From an uncultured euryarchaeote (GTDB taxonomy: Archaea > Thermoplasmatota > Poseidoniia > Poseidoniales > Poseidoniaceae), in NCBI GenBank assembly GCA_937899865.1, contig CALBRH010000039.1, forward strand, positions 1-32,557: a stretch of 32,557 nucleotides of DNA, read 5' to 3'. Both the position numbers and the translations under genes were made by a program. The notes under the pieces are model-generated. The model saw only the letters and a program-made list of their open reading frames with translations. It was not told the origin of the DNA and ran no database searches. The stretch's first letter is position 1, and each line of letters starts with the position of its first letter. Below are positions 9,501 through 17,474 of the stretch, one piece after another.

Positions 9501-10147
9501 TAGATAGTCCAACATTTGATTCTGAAATTATTCTTTGGGCTCGCTCAGATACTGTTAGTGATGCTGCACAATCGAATATTCAAATTCAGTTGAGAAAGAT
9601 AATTATCGAGACTAATGATGATACAAGTTCAGGATTTGACTTTGCCGGAGCAGCTACTTGGCTTGCGTTCATTGTTGTTATTGTTGGTGGAATTGTAGTA
9701 ACAATCAGAATCCTGAGAAGTGTTGAAGAAGAGGAAGATGAATATGCAAATTGGGGTCAAGAAGGCTATCAAGATAGCTTAACCTCAACATATCAGTCGG
9801 TTATCTCAGCACCAACTGTACCTTCTGGACCACCAGCAACTGTCCCAACATCTATGCCGCCTCAAGCCCAAGAGCCTCCAACATCTATGCCTCCACAAGC
9901 TCCAGTGAAACCAGTTCCTGAAATAGCACCGGAACAGGAGTCGACTGGATCAAACCAAACAATAGTCCAAAATATCACATATAATATCCATGATAGTGCG
10001 ATATCTGGAGATGTTCTTGCTAGTGCTGGAAAAGTATCAAACCCTGCTGGGCCACCTTTGCCGGCAACAGGCTTACCTGAAGGATGGACAATGGAACAAT
10101 GGAATGCATACGGTGAAATGTGGTTGTCACAAAATCAGCAAAACTGA
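6587..10147 (+). CDS. Large cell-surface protein: signal peptide, beta-sandwich domains with CARDB/NEW3-like Ig repeats, TM anchor, Pro-rich cytoplasmic tail
   Basis: Hydrophobic N-terminus (start may be 6602, 6611 or 6617). Repeated (F/L)x(V/I)xNxGNxxDTF-like motifs: NNGYKNVQF, NTGNLDSTF, NNGNDEESY, NNGNIPDTF. Many N-x-S/T sequons. TM WLAFIVVIVGGIVVTI. Confidence 0.75.
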   Translation: MCRTFMARMLMMMRRLSSISLVTLLLLQTLALNYVPEAEAVSARGGAKDDFSISSIELGNTSFEPEIWIQPDGQIQEYLLQNDEVEVIITVSKDGPITGTQKQTDAKLEIVHPIGFVIETFYWTTDLIAGGQGFEYSLLWNPQEAHSVLNTTTNELTGGLILRASVNFTDDDRNDNDVMEKQVPIAVHKDLMDGEANGNILTFRPARYPIGGGDANNYGSWYEDSDDSAVGNSHWRMSLPGNSYPSSAFDRLVHSFKNGNNDCSGDALDAGLSSINQIPVCRKLFQSQEYISTQVHLQAWGTMGAGDAAYLEFWNGNGNFSDPLQSVHWDVAAINPSPVPGQWKNISWDPQTVWSQNPALMNPDLLLGGNAWTFGLVLRSDSSGATQGMHFDDFVQFGISKVDGFTLTANCDNPVGGFETVPNDLVSWKCLVTNNGYKNVQFRAETNITNASWMDPIVPQLRLDTTNPNDNDFNVVIPPIGPFETTEVWANLSIPPGADVQIQDWEIWFTDASSANTGEKARVATKVSINSQYSVRLTSTTSQIALTMDPGESQLLPFTIFNTGNLDSTFQLSSTFSEDLWSGTVQDELGNAITSLFMLKGTSANLNLLISAEQQASPGQVNINIRASRTSGDVVGDTLLTRIIDVPIYRDFDLETSYTLFSDDNGRLFVEGFANEESKSILMSLYNNGNDEESYNISVTNNFPIKYRESGSYVDTLQSPLLDEWGGSWTFFLNLPMPIGLPEGFYEVIVTATNVDDPSLTVSEVIPVEIRQTASVHVETDISDQSYIPGDIAQSMTFEVTNNGNIPDTFNMSLNLPQGMNAQFTNLVNGQLTPVIDSGASYNVTVEFSFDSGVSGNLQMVIIGKSEFDNTVVASGGSTYSVGSSNQWLKILPSQQVIIDDFENEVVLEVTVRNQYSSAQSVSMDIDYGNSSSWYQSRIDSSDRQFVLGTGDDSVRVVTIRFEVTEDTLKNLDSPTFDSEIILWARSDTVSDAAQSNIQIQLRKIIIETNDDTSSGFDFAGAATWLAFIVVIVGGIVVTIRILRSVEEEEDEYANWGQEGYQDSLTSTYQSVISAPTVPSGPPATVPTSMPPQAQEPPTSMPPQAPVKPVPEIAPEQESTGSNQTIVQNITYNIHDSAISGDVLASAGKVSNPAGPPLPATGLPEGWTMEQWNAYGEMWLSQNQQN
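9845..9900 (+). repeat. Intragenic tandem duplication, period 33 nt (PTSMPPQA x2)
   Basis: CCAACATCTATGCC occurs exactly at 9845 and 9878. Confidence 0.8.
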
Positions 10148-10217
10148 ATTTAATTATGAAATTCTTTAATCGTAGGGTTCAAGACTTGATTGCTCTCGCA
10201 GACCATGAGGCGACTAT

Positions 10218-11840
10218 ATGTACGGTAATGGACAAGCACCAATTTTCATTTTGAAAGATGGCACTCAAAGAACAAGAGGTAGAACCGCTCAATCAAACAA
10301 CATAGCAGCGGCGAAAGCCGTAGCAGATGCAGTTAGATCAACTCTTGGTCCAAAAGGAATGGACAAGATGCTAGTTGATTCAATGGGTGATGTTGTAATT
10401 ACCAATGATGGTGCAACAATTCTCAAAGAAATGGATATTGAACATCCAGCAGCCAAGATGATTATCGAGGTAGCAAAAACCCAAGAGCAACATTGTTTTG
10501 ATGGTACTACTACTGCAGTAGTTCTATCAGGTGAATTACTCAAGCGTAGTGAAGATTTGATTGAACAAAATGTTCATCCAACCGTTATCTGTGAAGGATT
10601 TAGATTAGCGGCTGAGAAAGCTGTTGAGTTGTTGGAAAGCCATGGTATTGCGACAAAGAATGATGATGCAGTGTTGATGGAAGTGGCAAAGACCGCTTTG
10701 ACCGGTAAATCTGCTGGTGCGGTTAAGTCTTTCATGGCTGATATTTGTGTTAGGTCAGTTAATGCTGTTGGAATAATTGAAGGAGACCAAAGAATTGTTG
10801 ATCTATCTGATATTAAGGTAGAAAAGCGTCAAGGAGGCTCAATCAAAGATTCCAACCTAATTGATGGAATTATTTTAGACAAAGAGAGAGTTCATGCTGG
10901 TATGCCAAGATCAGTTAAAGGCGCTAAGATTGCATTGGTTAATTCAGCAATCGAAGTCAAGAAAACTGAAGTTGACGCTAAGATACAAATTACTGACCCA
11001 AACCAATTATCAAAATTCCTTGAAGAGGAAGAAAACTACATCAAAGGCTTAGTTGAGAAGATTCAAAACTCCGGAGCTAATGTACTAATATGTCAAAAAG
11101 GGATTGATGAACTAGCTCAACATTACATGGCTAAAGCAGGAATTTTTGCTATCAGAAGAGCCAAGAAATCTGATATGGAAGCATTGTCAAAAGCAACTAG
11201 TGGTAAGATTGTCACCAATCTCGATGACTTGACAAGTGATGATTTAGGCAATGCAGAGAAAGTCGAAGAGAAGAAAATTGGGGAGTCAGAAATGACTTTT
11301 ATCACAGGATGCCCTGAGGCAAAATCAGTTTCAGTGCTTCTTCGTGGCGGAACTGAGCATGTAGTTGATGAGATTAGGCGAGCATTCGACGATGCCGTAG
11401 GTGTTGTTTCAGTTGCTTGGGAAGATGGCGCAGTTTTGACCGGTGGAGGAAGTGTTTTGGCTGCTTTGTCAAGAGATCTTCGAACCTTTGCTGAAACTGT
11501 TGGAGGAAGAGAGCAAATGGCAATCGAGGCATTTGCTTCTGCGTTAGAAATTATTCCACGAACTTTAGCTGAAAATGCTGGGCTTGATCCTGTGACTACA
11601 CTAATTGAACTTAGAAAAGCTCATGCTGATGGTCAATCAAATGCTGGAATCAATGTCTATGAAGGCGGAGTCGTCGACATGAGAGGAGCAAATGTACTCG
11701 AACCAATTAGAGTGGTTGAACAAGCAATACAATCTGCTACCGAAACCGCAGTTATGATTCTAAGAATAGATGACGTAATTTCGTCCAAGGGAGTCTCAAT
11801 GGGAGACGAGATGGGTGATATGGGCGATTTCCACATGTGA
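10218..11840 (+). CDS. ths: Thermosome subunit (group II chaperonin)
   Basis: Motifs [41 protein letters not shown], and an MGD-repeat tail. Alpha versus beta cannot be resolved. Confidence 0.96.
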   Translation: MYGNGQAPIFILKDGTQRTRGRTAQSNNIAAAKAVADAVRSTLGPKGMDKMLVDSMGDVVITNDGATILKEMDIEHPAAKMIIEVAKTQEQHCFDGTTTAVVLSGELLKRSEDLIEQNVHPTVICEGFRLAAEKAVELLESHGIATKNDDAVLMEVAKTALTGKSAGAVKSFMADICVRSVNAVGIIEGDQRIVDLSDIKVEKRQGGSIKDSNLIDGIILDKERVHAGMPRSVKGAKIALVNSAIEVKKTEVDAKIQITDPNQLSKFLEEEENYIKGLVEKIQNSGANVLICQKGIDELAQHYMAKAGIFAIRRAKKSDMEALSKATSGKIVTNLDDLTSDDLGNAEKVEEKKIGESEMTFITGCPEAKSVSVLLRGGTEHVVDEIRRAFDDAVGVVSVAWEDGAVLTGGGSVLAALSRDLRTFAETVGGREQMAIEAFASALEIIPRTLAENAGLDPVTTLIELRKAHADGQSNAGINVYEGGVVDMRGANVLEPIRVVEQAIQSATETAVMILRIDDVISSKGVSMGDEMGDMGDFHM

Positions 11841-11870
11841 TTTGGTCTACAAAAAAGAGTCTATTGAAAA

Positions 11871-11917
11871 GTCTCTCCCTACGGGAGAGCAAGCAAGATT
11901 CAAAGACTACGGGAGAC
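11871..11917 (+). terminator. Hairpin after ths with a duplicated 3' arm (terminator or alternative-pairing element)
   Basis: CTCTCCC-TAC-GGGAGAG at 11873-11889; CTACGGGAGA repeated at 11879 and 11907. No poly-T tail follows. Confidence 0.35.
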
Positions 11918-11946
11918 AGGGCGTGATAAGGCCAAGGTGATTATGC

Positions 11947-13917
11947 ATGACGGTTGTCGCGAAGGTTTGGATTGAAGATGATTGTATCACCTGTGATGCA
12001 TGTCAAGACATCGCTCCTGAAGTATTCGAAGTTACAGATGAAACTTCGAAAATTCTAGCAGCGGTTAGAACTGATGGTACCTTTGACAGAAATACAGGTA
12101 AAGCGCCTTTAGCAGGAGATTTTGGTACTCAATACGGAGAATTAATTCTTGAAGCTTCAGAAGCCTGCCCGGTTGAAATCATCAAATACGAATTGGTTAC
12201 AGATGGTGCAGAAGTTGTCGAAGTAGAAGTTTCTGCAGAAGTAGCAGTAGAAGCCGCAGCTCCAGCGGCTGAAGCAGTCGCAGTTTCAGGCGCAGCCAGT
12301 GGAGAATTGATGGCCTTAATGGAGGGTGACAGATCACTTGCAATTCTATTTGGTTCTCAAACCGGAAACGCAGCTGGTTTAGCAGAAAAGACTGCAAAAC
12401 TTGCAACAAATTACGGATTAGTTCCTACCGTGTATGATATGGATGGACTTGATGTATCTACATTGGCTAATCACAAGAGAACGTTAATCATAACCTCAAC
12501 ATGGGGCGAGGGTGAAATGCCAGATAATGCTGAATCCCTTTGGCAGACCGTTAATTCTCAAGGACCATCTCTTTCAGGTGTTAATTTCAGTGTTTGTGCT
12601 ATCGGTGATACAGCTTACGATGAATTCTGTAAAGCAGGTACTGATTGGGATGATAAGTACCAAGCATTGGGTGCTAACAAGGTTCACGAAATACAGTTGT
12701 GCGACGTCGATTACGAACCTCCTTGGGCTTCATGGGTTGCAGAAGCATTGCCAAAAATCGCTTGTGTAGATTCATCAGGAACACTTCAAATTGAACTTTT
12801 AGATCAAATGATTGCTTATGGTAGCAGTGGTGATGAGGAAGAGGTATCTGGTGATTTCGCACCTAGAGTAGTAGACAAGAGCGAATTAACGGTCACACTA
12901 GAAATTTTCCGATATTGTCCAACAGCTGCAGAATCAGGATGGGATACAGTAGTTTGCTCAATACCCGCAAATGCCTCTATTCAAGATATGCTGATGGCAG
13001 TCAAGAATAGCGTAGATGGCAGTTTGACTTTTAGAGTTGGAAACGGATCAGGTTCGCCAACATCAGGTGTAAGAGTCAATGGAAGACTAGCACTGGCAGA
13101 TATAACCAGTATTTCTGATGTAATTGGAGCAGATGGTAGAATAAAGATAGAACCTATTCCTGGATATCCGGTCATTAGAGATTTAATGGTTGATTATTCC
13201 AAGTTTGAAGAAAACCGTATGAAAGCAAAACCATGGATGTCATCCAGTCCAAGAGAAGGAGAGTATCTAATCAATGGAGTGGCAGTAGGAGTTATGGAAT
13301 CAAGTGAAGCGGTTAAACTGCATTCAATTAGTGATGTTCGATCATATCATCTTGTTCATTCGATGTCTGATACTGTTGCTTATGATTCCAAGTATGAAGG
13401 TCCAGGCATCCATCTACAGAGATGGAATAGAATTATGGATCCAAGGTCTAGTGAGTCGTACAAGAATTCATTGATTGCATCGCTTAACAATTCAAATGGA
13501 ATTTGGGGGGAAGCAGACTTATCCTCAATTGCAAGATATGGGCAGGAAGGTAAGACTGCGTCAGATGGCCTCAATGATATTAGAGCCTATATTCTAAATC
13601 AAACGAATTATCGTGGCCCACATGGCAGATTGGTCAAATGGTATGGCCGTAGTGTTAAATGGACTGGTAAATTGAATGAGACAACTCTATACAGGCAAGT
13701 TTTGGGTCCTGTAGGTTTAATCAGCAATATTTTTGATGGAGTATCAGCGAGAATGGTGCTAGGATTCACCAGAACTGGAGGTCCTCCAATTCGAAGTCTT
13801 CAAGCATTGGTTCTACCACCTGCAGGAATTGGTAAAATACCAAACATGTTCAATTCTAAGGTCAAGAACCATCATCAAGTTGTAGGCTTATTCAATGAAA
13901 TTGATCAGAGGTTCTAA
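11947..13917 (+). CDS. Fusion: [4Fe-4S] ferredoxin + flavodoxin + SdhB/FrdB-fold domain lacking all Fe-S cysteines
   Basis: CITCDAC...CP (C13, C16, C19, C74). Flavodoxin motifs FGSQTGNA, TSTWGEGEMPDNA, IGDTAYDEFC. SdhB-like motifs LEIFRY, SLTFR, VNGRLALA, IEPIPGYPVIRDLMVD, YEGP, DPR with the ligand positions substituted. Confidence 0.85.
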   Translation: MTVVAKVWIEDDCITCDACQDIAPEVFEVTDETSKILAAVRTDGTFDRNTGKAPLAGDFGTQYGELILEASEACPVEIIKYELVTDGAEVVEVEVSAEVAVEAAAPAAEAVAVSGAASGELMALMEGDRSLAILFGSQTGNAAGLAEKTAKLATNYGLVPTVYDMDGLDVSTLANHKRTLIITSTWGEGEMPDNAESLWQTVNSQGPSLSGVNFSVCAIGDTAYDEFCKAGTDWDDKYQALGANKVHEIQLCDVDYEPPWASWVAEALPKIACVDSSGTLQIELLDQMIAYGSSGDEEEVSGDFAPRVVDKSELTVTLEIFRYCPTAAESGWDTVVCSIPANASIQDMLMAVKNSVDGSLTFRVGNGSGSPTSGVRVNGRLALADITSISDVIGADGRIKIEPIPGYPVIRDLMVDYSKFEENRMKAKPWMSSSPREGEYLINGVAVGVMESSEAVKLHSISDVRSYHLVHSMSDTVAYDSKYEGPGIHLQRWNRIMDPRSSESYKNSLIASLNNSNGIWGEADLSSIARYGQEGKTASDGLNDIRAYILNQTNYRGPHGRLVKWYGRSVKWTGKLNETTLYRQVLGPVGLISNIFDGVSARMVLGFTRTGGPPIRSLQALVLPPAGIGKIPNMFNSKVKNHHQVVGLFNEIDQRF

Positions 13918-13926
13918 GTGATTAAG

Positions 13927-14784
13927 ATGCCTAAGATAGCATATTATCCGGGAAATGTTGCAAGAGCTGCATCAATGGAAGTTGAAGATTGCATTCAACC
14001 ACTTTGTAAAACACTTGGAATTGAGTTAATTGAATTGCCAGAGGCAACCAGTGATGGTGGTAACATTATCAAGCAAGCATCAAGCAAACTACAGCATGCA
14101 TTGGTTGCAAGGAATCTTGCTCTAGCCGAGGAAAAAGGACTGGACATTATGACTACTTGCGCAACTAGTCATGGAATAATGAAGGAAACTATGGATGATC
14201 TAAACAATGATCCTGTTTATGCTGCACAACTGAATAACTTGATTGCTCGCTCAACCGGTGTTGAATATCGTGGTGAAGCAGATTCATGGCACTTACTTCA
14301 CTATCTTGTTGAAGAGATTGGTTTGGATAAAGTAACCGATGCAGTAATTAATCCAATTCAACTTAACATTGCACCATATTATGGGCCAAATATGCAAAGA
14401 GAAGGATTCTGTGCTGGTGATGACCCCTTTATGCCAAATTATCTAGAGCAACTAATTAGCGCTATAGGTGGCACTCCAGTTAACTACGACTTAAAATGCC
14501 AAAGTGTAGGAGCGCCATCATTACTTACCTTGGAGAAGCCAGTAATGTCTTTGATTTCATCAGTAATTTCAGATGCAAAATCAAACGGAGCAGAACTAAT
14601 TGTTAGCGCATGTACGGTTTCTCATGCAAACTTAGATTCCTATCAAACCAAAGCAGGAAGAAAGACAGGTAAGAATACTAGTATCCCAGTTGTTCATTTG
14701 GCAGAATTAGTTGCTTTTGCATTTGGGCACTTCCCAGATAGGCTTGCTCAATTGAGAACTAGAGCGATCTTAATTGGTGGCTGA
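13927..14784 (+). CDS. HdrB/SdhE-type (CCG-domain) protein with degenerate cluster motifs
   Basis: KIAYYPG, LGIELIELP, ARNLALAE, HLLHYLVEEIG, PYYG, AKSNGA, NLD and IPVVHLAELV match the HdrB/SdhE layout, but both CCG motifs are absent. ATG 13927 (track GTG 13918). Confidence 0.85.
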   Translation: MPKIAYYPGNVARAASMEVEDCIQPLCKTLGIELIELPEATSDGGNIIKQASSKLQHALVARNLALAEEKGLDIMTTCATSHGIMKETMDDLNNDPVYAAQLNNLIARSTGVEYRGEADSWHLLHYLVEEIGLDKVTDAVINPIQLNIAPYYGPNMQREGFCAGDDPFMPNYLEQLISAIGGTPVNYDLKCQSVGAPSLLTLEKPVMSLISSVISDAKSNGAELIVSACTVSHANLDSYQTKAGRKTGKNTSIPVVHLAELVAFAFGHFPDRLAQLRTRAILIGG

Positions 14785-14785
14785 T

Positions 14786-17356
14786 TTAGAATAAAGTTGC
14801 GATTTTGGCTAAATCTTCAGTTGTCAAGTCATTTGCTAATTCATCTAAATCTTGCTTAAACAAGCCTGCTATTGACTGATATTTATTTATCAATTTAGCA
14901 CAAATATTGTATTCAATATTGGTGATTGAAGATAATAATTCAATTTGATTGGATAAGCCAAAATCATTCCATTTTTGCAATAAATATTCTGAATCCTTAT
15001 TGTTATTTACCATGTTTGAAATTTCTATAGAAGCCGCTTCACAGCACTTGATTACTTCCGATTCATCAATTTCAGTATACTTGACGAATTCTCTTATTGC
15101 TTTAGAGAATTGACCACTTTGTTTTGCAATTAAGTAAACTAGATGAGCTGATTCCATAGAATCTTTAGTAGTAAGTATTGGAACTCCTAAATCAAGAGTG
15201 ACATGAGCTAATGCACCTAAAACAGCATTTGGATGGACTGAGTTGCCAATTTCACCTAATTCAATCAAGAGTAATGGCTGTAATTCAGCATTTTTCATTC
15301 TTTGACATTGTTTGAACAATCTTTGATCAATAATTGAAGTAAGTAAATCTCGTGATGTCTTTCTCTCAATCAATATGTCGCCATGAATCAAAATATCGCC
15401 AGTTGTTAGATTCTCATATTGTACAGTCATTCCAAGACTACTGATATATGCTGATAAAGTTGATGAAGCCTCTCTATAGTCTAGAGTAATTGTTGCACTA
15501 ATGTTTTCTGTCAAAGTATCGATTATTTCATTGGCAGCATTGATAGAATCGATTTCTTGTTCTCTTGTTTGTGGGACTTTATCTGATTGGTTACCAAAAA
15601 AATCATCTAAACCTGTTTGATTACGCGGCCGCTTATCTTTTGCATCGATGATAGTTTTATTCTTAGTTGAACTTTGTCGTGGTTTAATCTCAACGACTTC
15701 AGTAGGTTTTTCATTAGCATAAATTGATTCTAATCTATCAGTTTCTAATTCCAGGAATTTTTCAGATGAAATTATTTCTCCATCTACATTTATTTCAAAT
15801 GATGATAAAGATTCATCAGATGAATTTGGCCTAAATTGAATTCTTCCCTGACGTTCAATTTCCGCTAAATTATTGTACATTTTTCGCTCTCTTGCTTTGG
15901 CAGCATGACTAACAAATTGATCTCGAGTATCTTTTGTAACTAGAGTTTTTACTGTTCCAGACCTTTGACGTGCAGTCCTTCCTCGACGCTGAATAGACCT
16001 TATTGCACTGGGTACTGGCTCATACATCAAAACTAAATCTGCTGCAGGAACATCTAATCCTTCTTCACCAACTGAAGTTGCAACTAGTACATTGACATGG
16101 CCACTCCTAAACTCATCGAGCCTTGCGAGTTGTTGCTTTTGTGTCATTCCTTTTTGCTTGCCACTGGATGATTGACCAATAAATTGTGAAACTTTCACTC
16201 CTTCTATATTTGTCAGCAATTCGATGAGATTAGTTACAGTGTAGCGATATTCAGTGAATATTAGTATTCTTGATGAAGGGTTTTGTTGGATTCTTTGCTC
16301 AACCATAGATCTTACAATTTCAGCCTTAGGATGTAATTCTTCCAAGTTTTTAGCATTCATTCTAAAGTTATGAATTACTGGCTTAGCAAGAAATCTGTTA
16401 GTGCCTCTATCACCACTTCGGCCTTCAGTTTCTGCTTTATCTAAGAAAGCTAATGCCGCTTTTATTCCTTGAGTCTTTAGTAAGTCGAGTAGCATATGCA
16501 TCCGTCGAATATCAGATACTTTTCTTGCAGCATTATAGCCTCTTGCATCTCTACGATTTATTGCCCTGCTAACAGCCATTTGAGTATCGGTGATTATTTT
16601 TGCAGTAATGTGTTTCACCGGTCCCATAAAACCCATTCTTTGAATACTTTCTACTTCGTTCGCTTGATGTTCTTGAAGTGGAAAAATGAGTGTCTTTAGA
16701 GATTCAGGAAGTTCGACATTGATGATGTCATTATGTAATGTCACTGCATATGGTTTCAGTAATGCTTCGTCTTTTATTGAGACATCAAGCCTATCTATTC
16801 CTAAGCGTTTAGCCACTTCGAGAATCGCTGCTTTACTTGAACCAGGGCTTGCAGTTGCTGCTAATGTAAACCCACTGGGATTTTGATTTAGATATAAGTC
16901 TCCAACTTGGGCATAAGCATGATTTCCTGTGGCATGGTGTGCTTCATCAAAAATAATTAATGAGACGTCATCAAGTAATATTTTACCATTAGTGGCATCA
17001 TTTCTAATGACTTGCGGTGTTGCCATTAGAATACGTGCATTATCCCAAATTTCAGAACGTTTATCAGGCGAAGTTTCACCGGTGTAACGCAAAATTTCTT
17101 CTGGGGCAATATCGATCATTTCTCTTGCCATTCGTTGTTGTTGTGCAACTAATCCAGTTGTAGGTGCAATTAGGATTATTTTCTTATCTTGCAATCTAAG
17201 GAATTCTGCCATCACCATCCATTCTACAGCGGTTTTACCAAAACCGGTTGGCATTACCATAAGGCAAGATGAGGATAGAGCATTTTTTAGTGCTCTAATC
17301 TGATAAGCTCTAGCCTCTACCCCATCTTGTAGTAAAGGGTGTACGACGGTAGGCAT
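14786..17356 (-). CDS. hef: Hef (FANCM-like DEAH helicase + ERCC4/XPF nuclease)
   Basis: PTGFGKT, FDEAHH, ATASPG, TSVGEEGLD, QRRGRTAR; nuclease motif GD..ERKTSRD. Likely start MPTVVHP at 17356 (track start 17407). Confidence 0.93.
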   Translation of the reverse strand: MPTVVHPLLQDGVEARAYQIRALKNALSSSCLMVMPTGFGKTAVEWMVMAEFLRLQDKKIILIAPTTGLVAQQQRMAREMIDIAPEEILRYTGETSPDKRSEIWDNARILMATPQVIRNDATNGKILLDDVSLIIFDEAHHATGNHAYAQVGDLYLNQNPSGFTLAATASPGSSKAAILEVAKRLGIDRLDVSIKDEALLKPYAVTLHNDIINVELPESLKTLIFPLQEHQANEVESIQRMGFMGPVKHITAKIITDTQMAVSRAINRRDARGYNAARKVSDIRRMHMLLDLLKTQGIKAALAFLDKAETEGRSGDRGTNRFLAKPVIHNFRMNAKNLEELHPKAEIVRSMVEQRIQQNPSSRILIFTEYRYTVTNLIELLTNIEGVKVSQFIGQSSSGKQKGMTQKQQLARLDEFRSGHVNVLVATSVGEEGLDVPAADLVLMYEPVPSAIRSIQRRGRTARQRSGTVKTLVTKDTRDQFVSHAAKARERKMYNNLAEIERQGRIQFRPNSSDESLSSFEINVDGEIISSEKFLELETDRLESIYANEKPTEVVEIKPRQSSTKNKTIIDAKDKRPRNQTGLDDFFGNQSDKVPQTREQEIDSINAANEIIDTLTENISATITLDYREASSTLSAYISSLGMTVQYENLTTGDILIHGDILIERKTSRDLLTSIIDQRLFKQCQRMKNAELQPLLLIELGEIGNSVHPNAVLGALAHVTLDLGVPILTTKDSMESAHLVYLIAKQSGQFSKAIREFVKYTEIDESEVIKCCEAASIEISNMVNNNKDSEYLLQKWNDFGLSNQIELLSSITNIEYNICAKLINKYQSIAGLFKQDLDELANDLTTEDLAKIATLF

Positions 17357-17474
17357 CAAGTTATCTTCTTGTCGAGGGTTCAAAAGCATGATGATAATTA
17401 ATACCAAACTTTAAACCATAAAAATCTCTTTATTTTTCTGTCGCATAATCGATTGACACAATCCCAATGTAGAC

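Noticed and set aside
9845-9900. Repeat as CRISPR or mobile element
   Set aside because: Only two in-frame copies within a Pro-rich coding tail; no spacers, cas genes or terminal repeats.
11790-11840. MGD repeats at the thermosome C-terminus
   Set aside because: Gly/Met-rich tails are normal for chaperonins.
12883-14784. Missing Cys explained by selenocysteine, frameshift or pseudogene decay
   Set aside because: Both ORFs are open with no in-frame TGA; ligand sites carry ordinary sense codons and scaffold residues are well kept. Decay is not formally excluded without dN/dS.
13927-14784. Functional heterodisulfide reductase or methanogenesis link
   Set aside because: The catalytic CCG clusters cannot form, and no hdrA or methanogenesis genes are in the window.
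146-17356. SprT-like protease and Hef as one DNA-repair system
   Set aside because: They are 14 kb apart on opposite strands with unrelated genes between; no sequence evidence of linkage.
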